Below the pieces are notes generated by a model that searched no databases, was not told where the DNA came from, and worked only from the letters and a program-made list of their open reading frames with translations. From assembly GCA_965116925.1 (NCBI GenBank), contig OZ220744.1, positions 4,160,001 to 4,224,000 of the forward strand: a DNA stretch of 64,000 nt, given 5' to 3'. Numbering within the stretch: position 1 is the first letter of the stretch; each line of letters starts with the position of its first letter. The translations under genes were made by a program, and so were the position numbers. This document shows positions 8,707-17,496 of the stretch, one piece after another. The DNA is from Candidatus Poribacteria bacterium (GTDB lineage: Bacteria > Poribacteria > WGA-4E > PCPOR2b).

Positions 8707-8852
8707 AAAAATTCGTGGAATATATTTATCCGACAGGAATCGATAAACAACCACTTCCTCCTTTCAAAATTTGCCCGCTGACAAAATGCAAGGTTAAATC
8801 TTCATGAGATGATAGCGGAAGACAGTTCAAAAAACAAAGAAATTAATCGTGC

Positions 8853-9015
8853 TAGGACTCACGCAATTGAACGGTCAAAGCCCTGTAGTTCGGCGATTCA
8901 TCGCCGCTGGACACCGTTGCCAACGCCCGATGAATCGGGCAACTACAGCAGAGGCTCCATAAGGAGTCCGTAGGGAACGCAGATCTGCGTTCCCTACGGA
9001 AGTGCGTAACTCCTA
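8853..9015. repeat. MITE-like element carrying GTAG-type REP palindromes
   Basis: Ends TAGGACTCACGCA...TGCGTAACTCCTA; internal GTAGTTCGGCGATTCATCGCCG and GTAGGGAACGCAGATCTGCGTTCCCTAC; near-copy at ~20899-21061. Confidence 0.75.
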
Positions 9016-9022
9016 CAGAAAT

Positions 9023-10642
9023 TTACAATTTCTGTATGACAACTGGTGCTTTTTTACGATAACTATCATCACCAGAGTTTTTAAGTGTTTCGGGAACGTA
9101 GTTGCTATAATCCGAAATATTCCCATGGGTGATGGCATAGACCACAATGTTAATCATGTGCCGCGCCGCGTGGGGTGCAAATTCTTCTAGGACTTGATTT
9201 TGATTGTACAAGTGACCATAGAACGGTTTCTGAACTTTGCCATCGATCACATGCATCATCTGCTCGGTATCTACTAACACAGCAAGACGACCATCAATCG
9301 TGATACCTTGCAATTCGGAATAGGGACCAAAGTGAAGGGGGATGGTTATTCCGCCATACACGACATGCCGCAAGGGAAAACGCAAAGGACCGTTTAGCGA
9401 GTAATAGGTGTTGTAAACCGGGTGATCATTCGGAACAAAGCCAAGTGGATGCTCTGGCAGGAGATCTCGCAGCACCTTTCTTGTCCCTTTCAATGCGTTA
9501 TCTGTATTTCCATGCGTTGCTAGATAGAGGAATCCGCCACGATTGATTACATATTCTCGCAATCTTTGGACTTCAACATCAGTGTATTTACTCAATCCGC
9601 TCGGACGCCTCGTATTCCAGATCGGAATGCTGTGGGAATTGAATACCCGCTTCTTGTGTTCTGGACTTATCCGTGAGCCACCTGATACCGGTTCCATAAA
9701 AAGAATCGGCGTCTGAAAGAACGATGCATCCTTCAGGTGGACCGCTTCAACAAGTTGGGTCTTGATTTTAGTCTTTTGATTCAGTGATTGTACTAAATAG
9801 GACAGACCTGCCCCAAATCGGAAATTTCCGACTCCACTGTTTCATATATCTGCGCTTGGGTGAAGCGGATCTTCAAAACGAGCAAGGTTTAAGCGACCCA
9901 TGATATCTCGACCGCGACCCACAATTATAGCACCAGGACTGCCAGCAGGAAGTTCAGGCACTTCTCCTCCTAGCGTTACTTTGTCGGCGACATTGGCAAG
10001 TGTATCGTCGATGTTAGACGCGCCTTCAGCACCGACCAGCGAACCGAGACCCGTGCCTCCTCTGGTCGGGGTTTGGCTCACACCACCTCCTAAACCGAAG
10101 GAACCCCGCCCAACACCGCTACCACTACCTTCGCCAAGACTGCCTGTGCCGGAAAGCGAACTGTTTCCGCTCAGTCCCGCAGCTAACGGGGCATCCGACT
10201 GAACCGGGAGATCAACAGCAGTGGCAAGTGAGTGGGCGGGACGGTCATTGGCGCGAAAAGATTGAGAAGCCCCTTGGACAGAAATTTCTGCACGCACAGA
10301 TTGTGCCGGAGACTGAGATACCGGGGCATCCACCGCTGTGGCTTTCGGCACAGATACAGAAGTTGATTTCACCGGATGGGGTGTAAAAGCCCGGGTCTGT
10401 ACCGATGCTGACAGACGCTCGATTTGAAAATTAGGCGTGGGCGTAGGTACGATGGAAGGGGCTACTATGCGTGGGGTTTTCTCCACAGGCGGCACCGGTT
10501 TAACTTTGAGAATGCTCACTTCTAAAGCATCGACATCGCTCCGAATAGTTTGGTTGACGATGATAACGCTGAGAACCATCGCTAGGCATAGATGGACCAA
10601 TAGAGAAACGCACCAGAAACGGTACTTGTAATGAGATTTCAT
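9023..10642 (-). CDS. TonB-like-anchored DUF4159-like protein with one in-frame TGA at 9842-9844 (candidate selenoprotein, or nonsense pseudogene)
   Basis: AAGGAGG RBS before ATG 10642; ORFs 9842..10870 and 9023..9697 share a frame; the 48 intervening codons are stop-free (NSGVGNFRFGAGLSYLVQSLNQKTKIKTQLVEAVHLKDASFFQTPILF) and align with paralogue 5301..6842. Confidence 0.8.
9799..9841 (-). promoter_or_regulatory. Candidate bacterial SECIS element
   Basis: GGGGCAGGTCTGTCCT hairpin 27 nt after the TGA contains GCAGGUCUG, as in the E. coli fdhF SECIS apical stem-loop. Confidence 0.5.
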
Positions 10643-10687
10643 GAGGGTAACCTCCTTAAAGCGAATAATTGGCTTTTGACATACTCC

Positions 10688-10818
10688 CACATGTGAGCGT
10701 GCCAGTTCCGGTTTGCCCGAAAGGGGCGTTACCGAACCGTGAGTCCACGATTCTGTGAGTGCTGAAACAGCACAACAGAAGCATGACATCGGGATTTGTA
10801 AAGTCCCAAGCGCATGTG
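10688..10818. ncRNA. Candidate multi-branch structured RNA of unknown family
   Basis: Closing helix CACATGTG/CGCATGTG encloses three hairpins with GAAA/GTAA-type loops on the + strand. Confidence 0.4.
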
Positions 10819-11343
10819 AGATTCCGCTATTAACAACACTTACTACCCGAAGAGGATTCAGCAACATCAATTTACATCTACTAGCCCCAAGGTAGTCTTA
10901 CGGTGTCTCGCTCAATGGACAATACTTCGTCCATTTTCTATATTTATACTGCTTTAGGCGGTTCAGAATGAAAGGTTTTTGTAACAGGTCATTTCTACCT
11001 AACCCCAATGATTGGGAAGGATGGCAGCTCATTGATTGGTCAGCCACCACTCATACACTGTTACTTGAAAAAGCATTGTAGCATGTTTTCGTTAGAAATA
11101 CAATTTTTTAATAGATAGCATGGTTAAGCGCGCAACATCCCCTTGAATCCCCGGAACATTACACTATACGGAAGTTGCTACTTAAATGCTAAATTGAATC
11201 AATCACCGCCTACAATATAAACCTCCTTGCATTCATTTGCAACCAGTTTTTTGAGGGGTATGGACATATCATGTCCATACTCCAAAAGTAACTGGAATTT
11301 TTGTGTGATTGGTTGAAGCAATTTTTTTATGGCGCACTGGGTT

Positions 11344-13017
11344 TTACTCACGCCATGCGTGTTGGCTGATAATATCATCCTGACTTAACTCATCAAAAAC
11401 AAGAGCGGTATTGCTGCCATCTGCATCCATGATCCAAATGCCAAAACTTCCATTACGATCACTGCTGAAAACAATCTTTGTACCATCAGGAGACCAACAC
11501 GGATAGCCGTTGTAACCTTCCGCACCGGTCAATCGGATTTGGCTTAGCGAAAATAGATCTACGACATACACCGCAGCATCGAACGGGGCGGTTTCTTTAG
11601 TAAAGACTAATTTTGAACCGTCTGGACTCCAATCCGGGTGGATATCGTGGTTTGCACTAATTGTCAAACGTTGAATCCCTTCTTCGAGTGCTGGTAGATC
11701 GGCGATCGGTGCCTGAGGTGGATCGCCCTCCCCCTCCTTCTTCTCTTCACCATCTGGGGTTTGATGGGGATCCGGCTCCGGCTCTGGCTTTTGGGGTATC
11801 TCCGGTTCCGGTTCTGGCTCCGGTACTATCTCTGGTTCCGGTTCCGGCTTCGGTTCTGGTTCCGCTTTCGTAGGGGGCGCGTCTTTGGCGGCGAGAAATG
11901 CCTCGATGTCCACCACAAAAAGATTCCGTTTGCCTCCCTTCAGAAGTGCATAGGTATAGACGATCTGAGTGCCATCAGGTGACCATGTAGGCCTAGCGTC
12001 TACATCGGAGTCGGCAAGTCGAACCCGATTCCCTCCGTTCACATTCATGGTATAAATTGCTGGTTGCCCCAAGGCTCGCGCGTGAACAAAGGCGATGCGG
12101 CGACCATCAGGAGACCAAGCCGGGTGTCGATCGTTGAAATGGTCCCCGCTGATGGATCTGGCACTGCCGCCGCGGTTATCCATAATGTAAATTTGTGGTA
12201 GCCCCCTGTTTTCTGAACGACTGAAAACAATTTCTCTACCATTAGGGGACCAGGTAGGCTGTAGGTCAGAAAGGTCTGTTAGAGACTTTTCGCCTGTACG
12301 GTCAGCGTTAATCGTTGAAATCCCAAAGAAGTCTTTGCCAACAACATCGGCGCGTACGAAGACAATCTGTCCCGTTACTTTGCGTCGAATAGAGATCCTT
12401 CGCGAGATGTCGCTATCACCGACAGTTATACTCGATATGTGTGTTGTGTGATAGCCCGGCTTTTCCGCAATCAAGTTGTATTGTCCCTTGGAGACCGGGG
12501 AAATTTCATATTGTCCACCACCATTCGTTACTGCCGCGCGTTCACCTAAAGAGATAAGAACATTTGCAACGACATTGCCATCGTCAGAGACCACGATGCC
12601 CTTAAACCTGACACCGGGTTCAACAAGAAAATTAACAATTGCAGGCTCTTTGCGAGTGACTTCCACCGGTGCTTGTTGACCCAGATAACCACGGGGATTG
12701 ATTTCCAAGACATATTCACCGGTTTTTAGTTCTTCAAATATGAAGCTCCCACTAGAATTGGTGGCTGTTGAAGCGACATTTTCCCGCTCAATATCGCCCC
12801 CTGGGAGTTTCTTTTGTGCAACCAATATAACTTGGGCATCTATAACGCCCTGCTGTGTGACCAGATCTACAACGGTTCCTTTGATAACCCCTTCCGGTGT
12901 TGCCACAACCCGGGGCCCTATATCATCAACAACTTCGTCATCACCACAGCCGATAAAAAACACAAACAGCGTCAAAGCAAAAAGACCGAGATAGGAGTAA
13001 CGGGTTAAGTTCGCCAT
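11344..13017 (-). CDS. Lipoprotein: carboxypeptidase-regulatory-like beta domains + TolB-like PD40 propeller with Pro/Glu insert (copy 2)
   Basis: Lipobox FIGC; full-length colinear paralogue of 7024..8706. Confidence 0.8.
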   Translation of the reverse strand: MANLTRYSYLGLFALTLFVFFIGCGDDEVVDDIGPRVVATPEGVIKGTVVDLVTQQGVIDAQVILVAQKKLPGGDIERENVASTATNSSGSFIFEELKTGEYVLEINPRGYLGQQAPVEVTRKEPAIVNFLVEPGVRFKGIVVSDDGNVVANVLISLGERAAVTNGGGQYEISPVSKGQYNLIAEKPGYHTTHISSITVGDSDISRRISIRRKVTGQIVFVRADVVGKDFFGISTINADRTGEKSLTDLSDLQPTWSPNGREIVFSRSENRGLPQIYIMDNRGGSARSISGDHFNDRHPAWSPDGRRIAFVHARALGQPAIYTMNVNGGNRVRLADSDVDARPTWSPDGTQIVYTYALLKGGKRNLFVVDIEAFLAAKDAPPTKAEPEPKPEPEPEIVPEPEPEPEIPQKPEPEPDPHQTPDGEEKKEGEGDPPQAPIADLPALEEGIQRLTISANHDIHPDWSPDGSKLVFTKETAPFDAAVYVVDLFSLSQIRLTGAEGYNGYPCWSPDGTKIVFSSDRNGSFGIWIMDADGSNTALVFDELSQDDIISQHAWRE

Positions 13018-13275
13018 AACAATTCGTGGATACGTTTATCCGATAGAGACTGATAAACGTGCCACTTCCTCCTTTCAAAATTCGCCTATTGGCAAAATGC
13101 AAGGTGTTAAACCACTATAAGATGGTGCGGAACGGGATTTCGCTACGCTCAACTTGTTGTATTCGATATGAGCAATTAATATGCCAAATAAAACAGTAAG
13201 TCCCAAAGTCGGTATAAGATTTTCCCTGATATTGCAGCTTTCTGCGAAGTTGCCCGGATTGACTCCTCCCAATAG

Positions 13276-13788
13276 TAGGGTCATTTATAGTAGATTTTAG
13301 AATTAATAGGACACGCTAAACCGGTGCGGTTACATGAAAATTAAAAAAATAATTCGGTAATTTGCTAGCGACACCGGCGCGGGGGAAAACCGCGCCTACC
13401 GTGTGTTTGGAGGCAAATCGGGATTACCGATTTAAATACTTAAACTTCATCAAACCGCACCTACCGGGGGCGCGCAAGTGTTTCTTTATTTTTTGAATTC
13501 ACTATAGTTTTCGTTCTATGGAATGCAGATGCCGATTTATCAAGAATTCCTCCAATTTATCGGAGGAAACGTCGGAATCGGTGAGGGATCACCGTTTGAG
13601 AGACCTGCGCCCCGGTTAGCCCGTCATTTCGAGGGGGTGTGATAGGTAATGAGAAATTGGACGAGATTTTCGCAACCCAAGTGCATAAGTCCTAAGTAAT
13701 ATCAGATTTTGGCGGGTAGATGGCAGATTGTTCCTTCCATCGTAGGCGGGGCATCTGGTTTCCCCGCTCGAAGAATTAAATGCCCCTA
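13276..13788. mobile_element. MITE with TAGGGTCATTTA-type terminal inverted repeats, containing nested elements
   Basis: TAGGGTCATTTA...TAAATGCCCCTA; same family as 57190-57472 in the opposite orientation; internal GTAGGCGGGGCATC REP. Confidence 0.6.
13286..13506. mobile_element. Correia-like MITE (TATAGT ends) with nested 117-bp element at 13334-13450
   Basis: TATAGTAGATTTTAGAATT...GAATTCACTATA; copies at 27250-27470 and an empty form at 55961-56063. Confidence 0.75.
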
Positions 13789-13961
13789 GATTTAGTATGA
13801 AATATTGAATGATGTGCGAATGTTTGACGGCAGTGTTCAGATTTTGAACAGCTGCCAATAAAACGTCAAACACTTTACAGAGTTGCACAAGGCGGTGCAA
13901 TTCTTTGAACCACCTCGGTTGTTTGGAACTCGCCGACTATTTCACAGGAGCTCGGGGAGAC

Positions 13962-15122
13962 TTACCCTGCCGTCGGCCGCCAACGAATGGCGTAGATATC
14001 GGTGTTGTCTCTGACCTCATCCCACGATCCGGGGGCTTGGCTGGAACCACAGATCGATAGAATCGTATCATCCGCAAATACCACACTAGCACTGTAGCTG
14101 CCGGTGAAGGTGGTGGAATCGAGATAGTAAACCTCGTCCAGCCAAGTTTTGCCTTCGTCCCGGCTGATCATCGCTCGCGACCCAGGCGGTCCGGGTCCAT
14201 AGCGTGTATCGTGAATCACAACCACAGTCCCGTTGCTCTGGGCTGCAGGATAGCCGAAGGTTTGACCGTACACTGTGCAAAGCATACGCGGCGGGCTCCA
14301 CGTTTGACCGCCATCCGCAGCCTCCATCACAAACACGTTCTTAAAGCCTCTCCCTTCGTCGGAGCCATCCATCGGTCGCATCATCTCCTCGGTGTCGGCT
14401 GGTAAGGGAGGACGTTGATAGCGCATTGTCGCAAAGATGCGACCCGACGGCACCAACACAGCGGCACCCTCTGAACCCCAATCAATCATCAGAATGGGAC
14501 CCTGCCACGTATGCCCCCCATCTGTTGAACGGAAGGTGTAACAGCCATTCATGGTGGTTGGCGTATCTCGGATGTCCACAGTCCATAGCAGCGTATCGTC
14601 CTGAAGGCGGTTCAGTCCGCGATGCGTGTAACGTTCGGTGTAGGGTCTGCCGTCGGGCAGATTCATCTCGACCGGAATCTCTGCCCGTTTTGTCCACGTT
14701 ATCCCCTCATCTTGGGAGACCCACACAACCGCTGGATCGCGCATCTCCGGTCCTGTCGAGCAATCAACACCGATGAACGTCCCGTCCCGCAAAATCCGCC
14801 AATGCCCTCCCGGCAGATCCTCCATCCCTATCAGGGATCGTGATGTCCATGTGCGTCCCCCGTCCGTGGATTTGCATAGGACCTGGGACTGCTTTACGTA
14901 TACTGTGCCATCCGGTCCCACGTCCACGTGTGTGCCCTGCGGACTCATGTCATCGCTATGCGGCAGCAGGGCCTTTTCCACCGGAACGCGGGTGAGTTTA
15001 CCGCCGGCAGCGTGCAAGATATATTGGCTGTCGTGCATCTGTTTGAGCACCTCTGCCGATGGCACGTCAACCCCACCCAGTCGATTCGTGCGTCGCTTCG
15101 GTTCAACGATTACTTGCATCAT
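13962..15122 (-). CDS. BNR/Asp-box (sialidase-like) beta-propeller protein
   Basis: Repeated S-x-D-x-G-x-TW boxes (STDGGRTW, SQDEGITW, STDGGHTW, SRDEGKTW); no signal peptide. Confidence 0.8.
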   Translation of the reverse strand: MMQVIVEPKRRTNRLGGVDVPSAEVLKQMHDSQYILHAAGGKLTRVPVEKALLPHSDDMSPQGTHVDVGPDGTVYVKQSQVLCKSTDGGRTWTSRSLIGMEDLPGGHWRILRDGTFIGVDCSTGPEMRDPAVVWVSQDEGITWTKRAEIPVEMNLPDGRPYTERYTHRGLNRLQDDTLLWTVDIRDTPTTMNGCYTFRSTDGGHTWQGPILMIDWGSEGAAVLVPSGRIFATMRYQRPPLPADTEEMMRPMDGSDEGRGFKNVFVMEAADGGQTWSPPRMLCTVYGQTFGYPAAQSNGTVVVIHDTRYGPGPPGSRAMISRDEGKTWLDEVYYLDSTTFTGSYSASVVFADDTILSICGSSQAPGSWDEVRDNTDIYAIRWRPTAG

Positions 15123-15360
15123 CTTAATCCTCCATCGTGGTGTGTCATCGCTTATCAGGCATATTCAAGGGTCAAGTCTAGTCCAAGAATCGTGGCGATA
15201 TCTTCAGGGAGGACAACCATATTTCGAGCCGCTAGGTCCAGAACATTTCTGCCTGTCCGTATAATATAGACACGAATCCTTACTAGGAGTTCTCAAGTTT
15301 TTTCTCTGTCCACTTCGTCCACATTATTTTCTCATTTTGGAGATTCACATAACCACTAAG

Positions 15361-16944
15361 TCACGCATATTCAAGTGTCAAATCCAGTCCAAGAATCGTG
15401 ACGATACCTTCAGGCAAGGCGACATCGTTCCGAGCTGCTAGTTCCACAACGTTTCTATCCGGCCGCAGCGGCGGCACCTGTACATGGTATGCAAGTTGGG
15501 GATTCACGGTTGGTCGGAACTGGCGATCCGTTCCGACCTCCGCTGCGGGAATGAATCGGCTGTTGGTCAATGGCTCACCGTTTAACCGAACTAGCAACGC
15601 ATCCTTCCATGAAGAATCATCAAACTCAACAGTCAAAGTTACCTTTATCGGCGGATGCGATGCCACATCGTCACCGACTATCAGCGGTAGGCGACCAATC
15701 ACGCCGGTACGCAGTGCACCACCCTTCGATTTGAGCGGTAGGGGACGAGGTGCGGATAGGTGTGCGTAGTACGGCAGGATGCCCCCTGCGGCACTATCGA
15801 CGCTGAACAGTTTATCTTTGCCAACCAACATGTTCGCATCTCCCACTTCATGCACACAGGCATAGCACCGACGACGGGTTTCGACCAACTGATCGCCGGT
15901 CATAAACTCAAACGGCGTCCCAAGGTTCCAGAAGTAGAGTCCGTCAACACCGGCGCGATACCAATTCGATGCCAATCCACGCACCAACGGCAGCGACTCT
16001 TTGCCCATATTCACGCACGGGTAGACAGGCACACCGTGCGGTTGTGCCGCTTCAACCCATGTCTTAACCGGCAGCGACCACGGCGCATATCCACCACCGA
16101 TGATCAGAATATCAATCAGATCTTCTTCGAGCCACGCTGCGACATCCATGCCGTTGTCAAGGGATGTGGTGAAGGTATCCGGGACTCGCACAGCGATGAG
16201 GGACGGTCTACCACGCCGCTGTGCTGCGGCGTCCGTCAGGCTGCGAATCTCCCCCATCATTGATGTGATGACCTCAATCTCGTCTACCGTAGACGACTCG
16301 CCGCGCATCCGCCGACTGAACAGCACCGGGTGACGGATGTAGTCCAGCTCAAACCCATCCACATCATACCGTTGGCAGATCTCCTCAATAATTTCGAGTT
16401 TACGTTGACGCACCGCTTTATGCGAGAAGTCCTGCGCGGTCGTGTACAATTCAAACTCTGGTAGCATCTCGCGGGTGTCAACCATGAACTCCGGGTGTGT
16501 GCGTTTCCAAACGGTCATGGCGTTGGCATCCATAAAACTATCGTGTACGTCGTTCATCCGTACCGACGCGAATGCCTCCATGTCGTGCTTGTGCGCGAAG
16601 TCACAAACTAGGTGCAATGGACAACGATACTCCCTCACCAGCGTCTTAACGTTCTCAGTCACCCTGTGCCAATACTTGACCGGCGCACCTTGAGCGTCAC
16701 CGTAGATCGGCTGCACCTTGCTGTCGTAAGCTGGAGCGTCAAACTGTCCACACAATACCGACCAAGAAATAGCACCGACCTGCGTTTCGACGAGCGGCGC
16801 GATCCGATGTGCGAGGAAACCTTCAGGCGTGTTTGCGTCCTCCAGTGCTAACTCGTGTGTGTCATCGTTGAAGATGACGCGCCGAGGACGTTTTGCCGCC
16901 TCAACCCGCGCTCGCTTGATCTCCGACCAGTCAGTTCCTGACAT
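15361..16944 (-). CDS. Glycoside hydrolase-like TIM-barrel protein (GHL10-like)
   Basis: RRVIFNDD, ASVRMNDVH, RYDVDGFELDYIRHP, AGVDGLYFWN motifs; GGAGG RBS. Confidence 0.65.
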   Translation of the reverse strand: MSGTDWSEIKRARVEAAKRPRRVIFNDDTHELALEDANTPEGFLAHRIAPLVETQVGAISWSVLCGQFDAPAYDSKVQPIYGDAQGAPVKYWHRVTENVKTLVREYRCPLHLVCDFAHKHDMEAFASVRMNDVHDSFMDANAMTVWKRTHPEFMVDTREMLPEFELYTTAQDFSHKAVRQRKLEIIEEICQRYDVDGFELDYIRHPVLFSRRMRGESSTVDEIEVITSMMGEIRSLTDAAAQRRGRPSLIAVRVPDTFTTSLDNGMDVAAWLEEDLIDILIIGGGYAPWSLPVKTWVEAAQPHGVPVYPCVNMGKESLPLVRGLASNWYRAGVDGLYFWNLGTPFEFMTGDQLVETRRRCYACVHEVGDANMLVGKDKLFSVDSAAGGILPYYAHLSAPRPLPLKSKGGALRTGVIGRLPLIVGDDVASHPPIKVTLTVEFDDSSWKDALLVRLNGEPLTNSRFIPAAEVGTDRQFRPTVNPQLAYHVQVPPLRPDRNVVELAARNDVALPEGIVTILGLDLTLEYA

Positions 16945-16994
16945 CTTTCCCTCCTAGGTTCTCGAACATGGCTAGGGCGTATTGACATTTTGAA

Positions 16995-17496
16995 TTTGCA
17001 GACTGGGATCACAATCTAACAGATCGTGGTACAAAAGGAGATTGTAGGTCGAGACTCACATCTCGACAAAATACTACCGAATGTGGCGCAAACTGTGAGT
17101 TTGCAGACTGGGATCACAATCTAACAGATCGTGGTACAAAAGTAAATTGTAGGTCGAGATTCACATCTCGACAAAATACTACCAAATGTAGCGCAAACTG
17201 TGAGTTTGCAGACTGGGATCACAATCTAACAGATCGTGGTACAAAAGGAGATTGTAGGTCGAGATTCACATCTCGACAAAATACTACCAAATGTAGCGCA
17301 AACTGTGAGTTTGCAGACTGGGATCACAATCTAACAGATCGTGGTACAAAAGGAGATTGTAGGTCGAGATTCACATCTCGACAAAATACTACCAAATGTA
17401 GCGCAAACTGTGAGTTTGCAGACTGGGATCACAATCTAACAGATCGTGGTACAAAAGTAAATTGTAGGTCGAGATTCACATCTCGACAAAATACTA
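16995..17496. repeat. Tandem array of a 105-bp unit (~4.8 copies), each with two GTAG REP-like hairpins
   Basis: Units start at 16996, 17101, 17206, 17311, 17416; hairpins GTAGGTCGAGATTCACATCTCGAC and GTAGCGCAAACTGTGAGTTTGC. Confidence 0.95.

Noticed and set aside
9842..9844. Genome-wide UGA reassignment
   Set aside because: Many other genes here (e.g. rpoB, smc, udk) end normally at TGA, and no other internal TGA was seen.
10643..10870. N-terminal extension of ORF 9842..10870
   Set aside because: A strong SD precedes ATG 10642 and the paralogue begins at the equivalent point.
10820..10900. c-di-AMP (ydaO) riboswitch on the minus strand
   Set aside because: Only isolated GGGG and GCTGAATCC words; the remaining conserved elements are not recognisable.
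13075..13900. Short ORFs 13075..13284 and 13616..13900
   Set aside because: They overlap MITE sequence and show no motifs or RBS.
16995..17496. CRISPR array
   Set aside because: Whole 105-bp units repeat with no unique spacers, and no cas genes are present.
16986..17496. Repeat protein from the stop-free + frame of the array
   Set aside because: No in-frame start or RBS; a TGA lies at 16983 and the unit derives from REP/MITE sequence.
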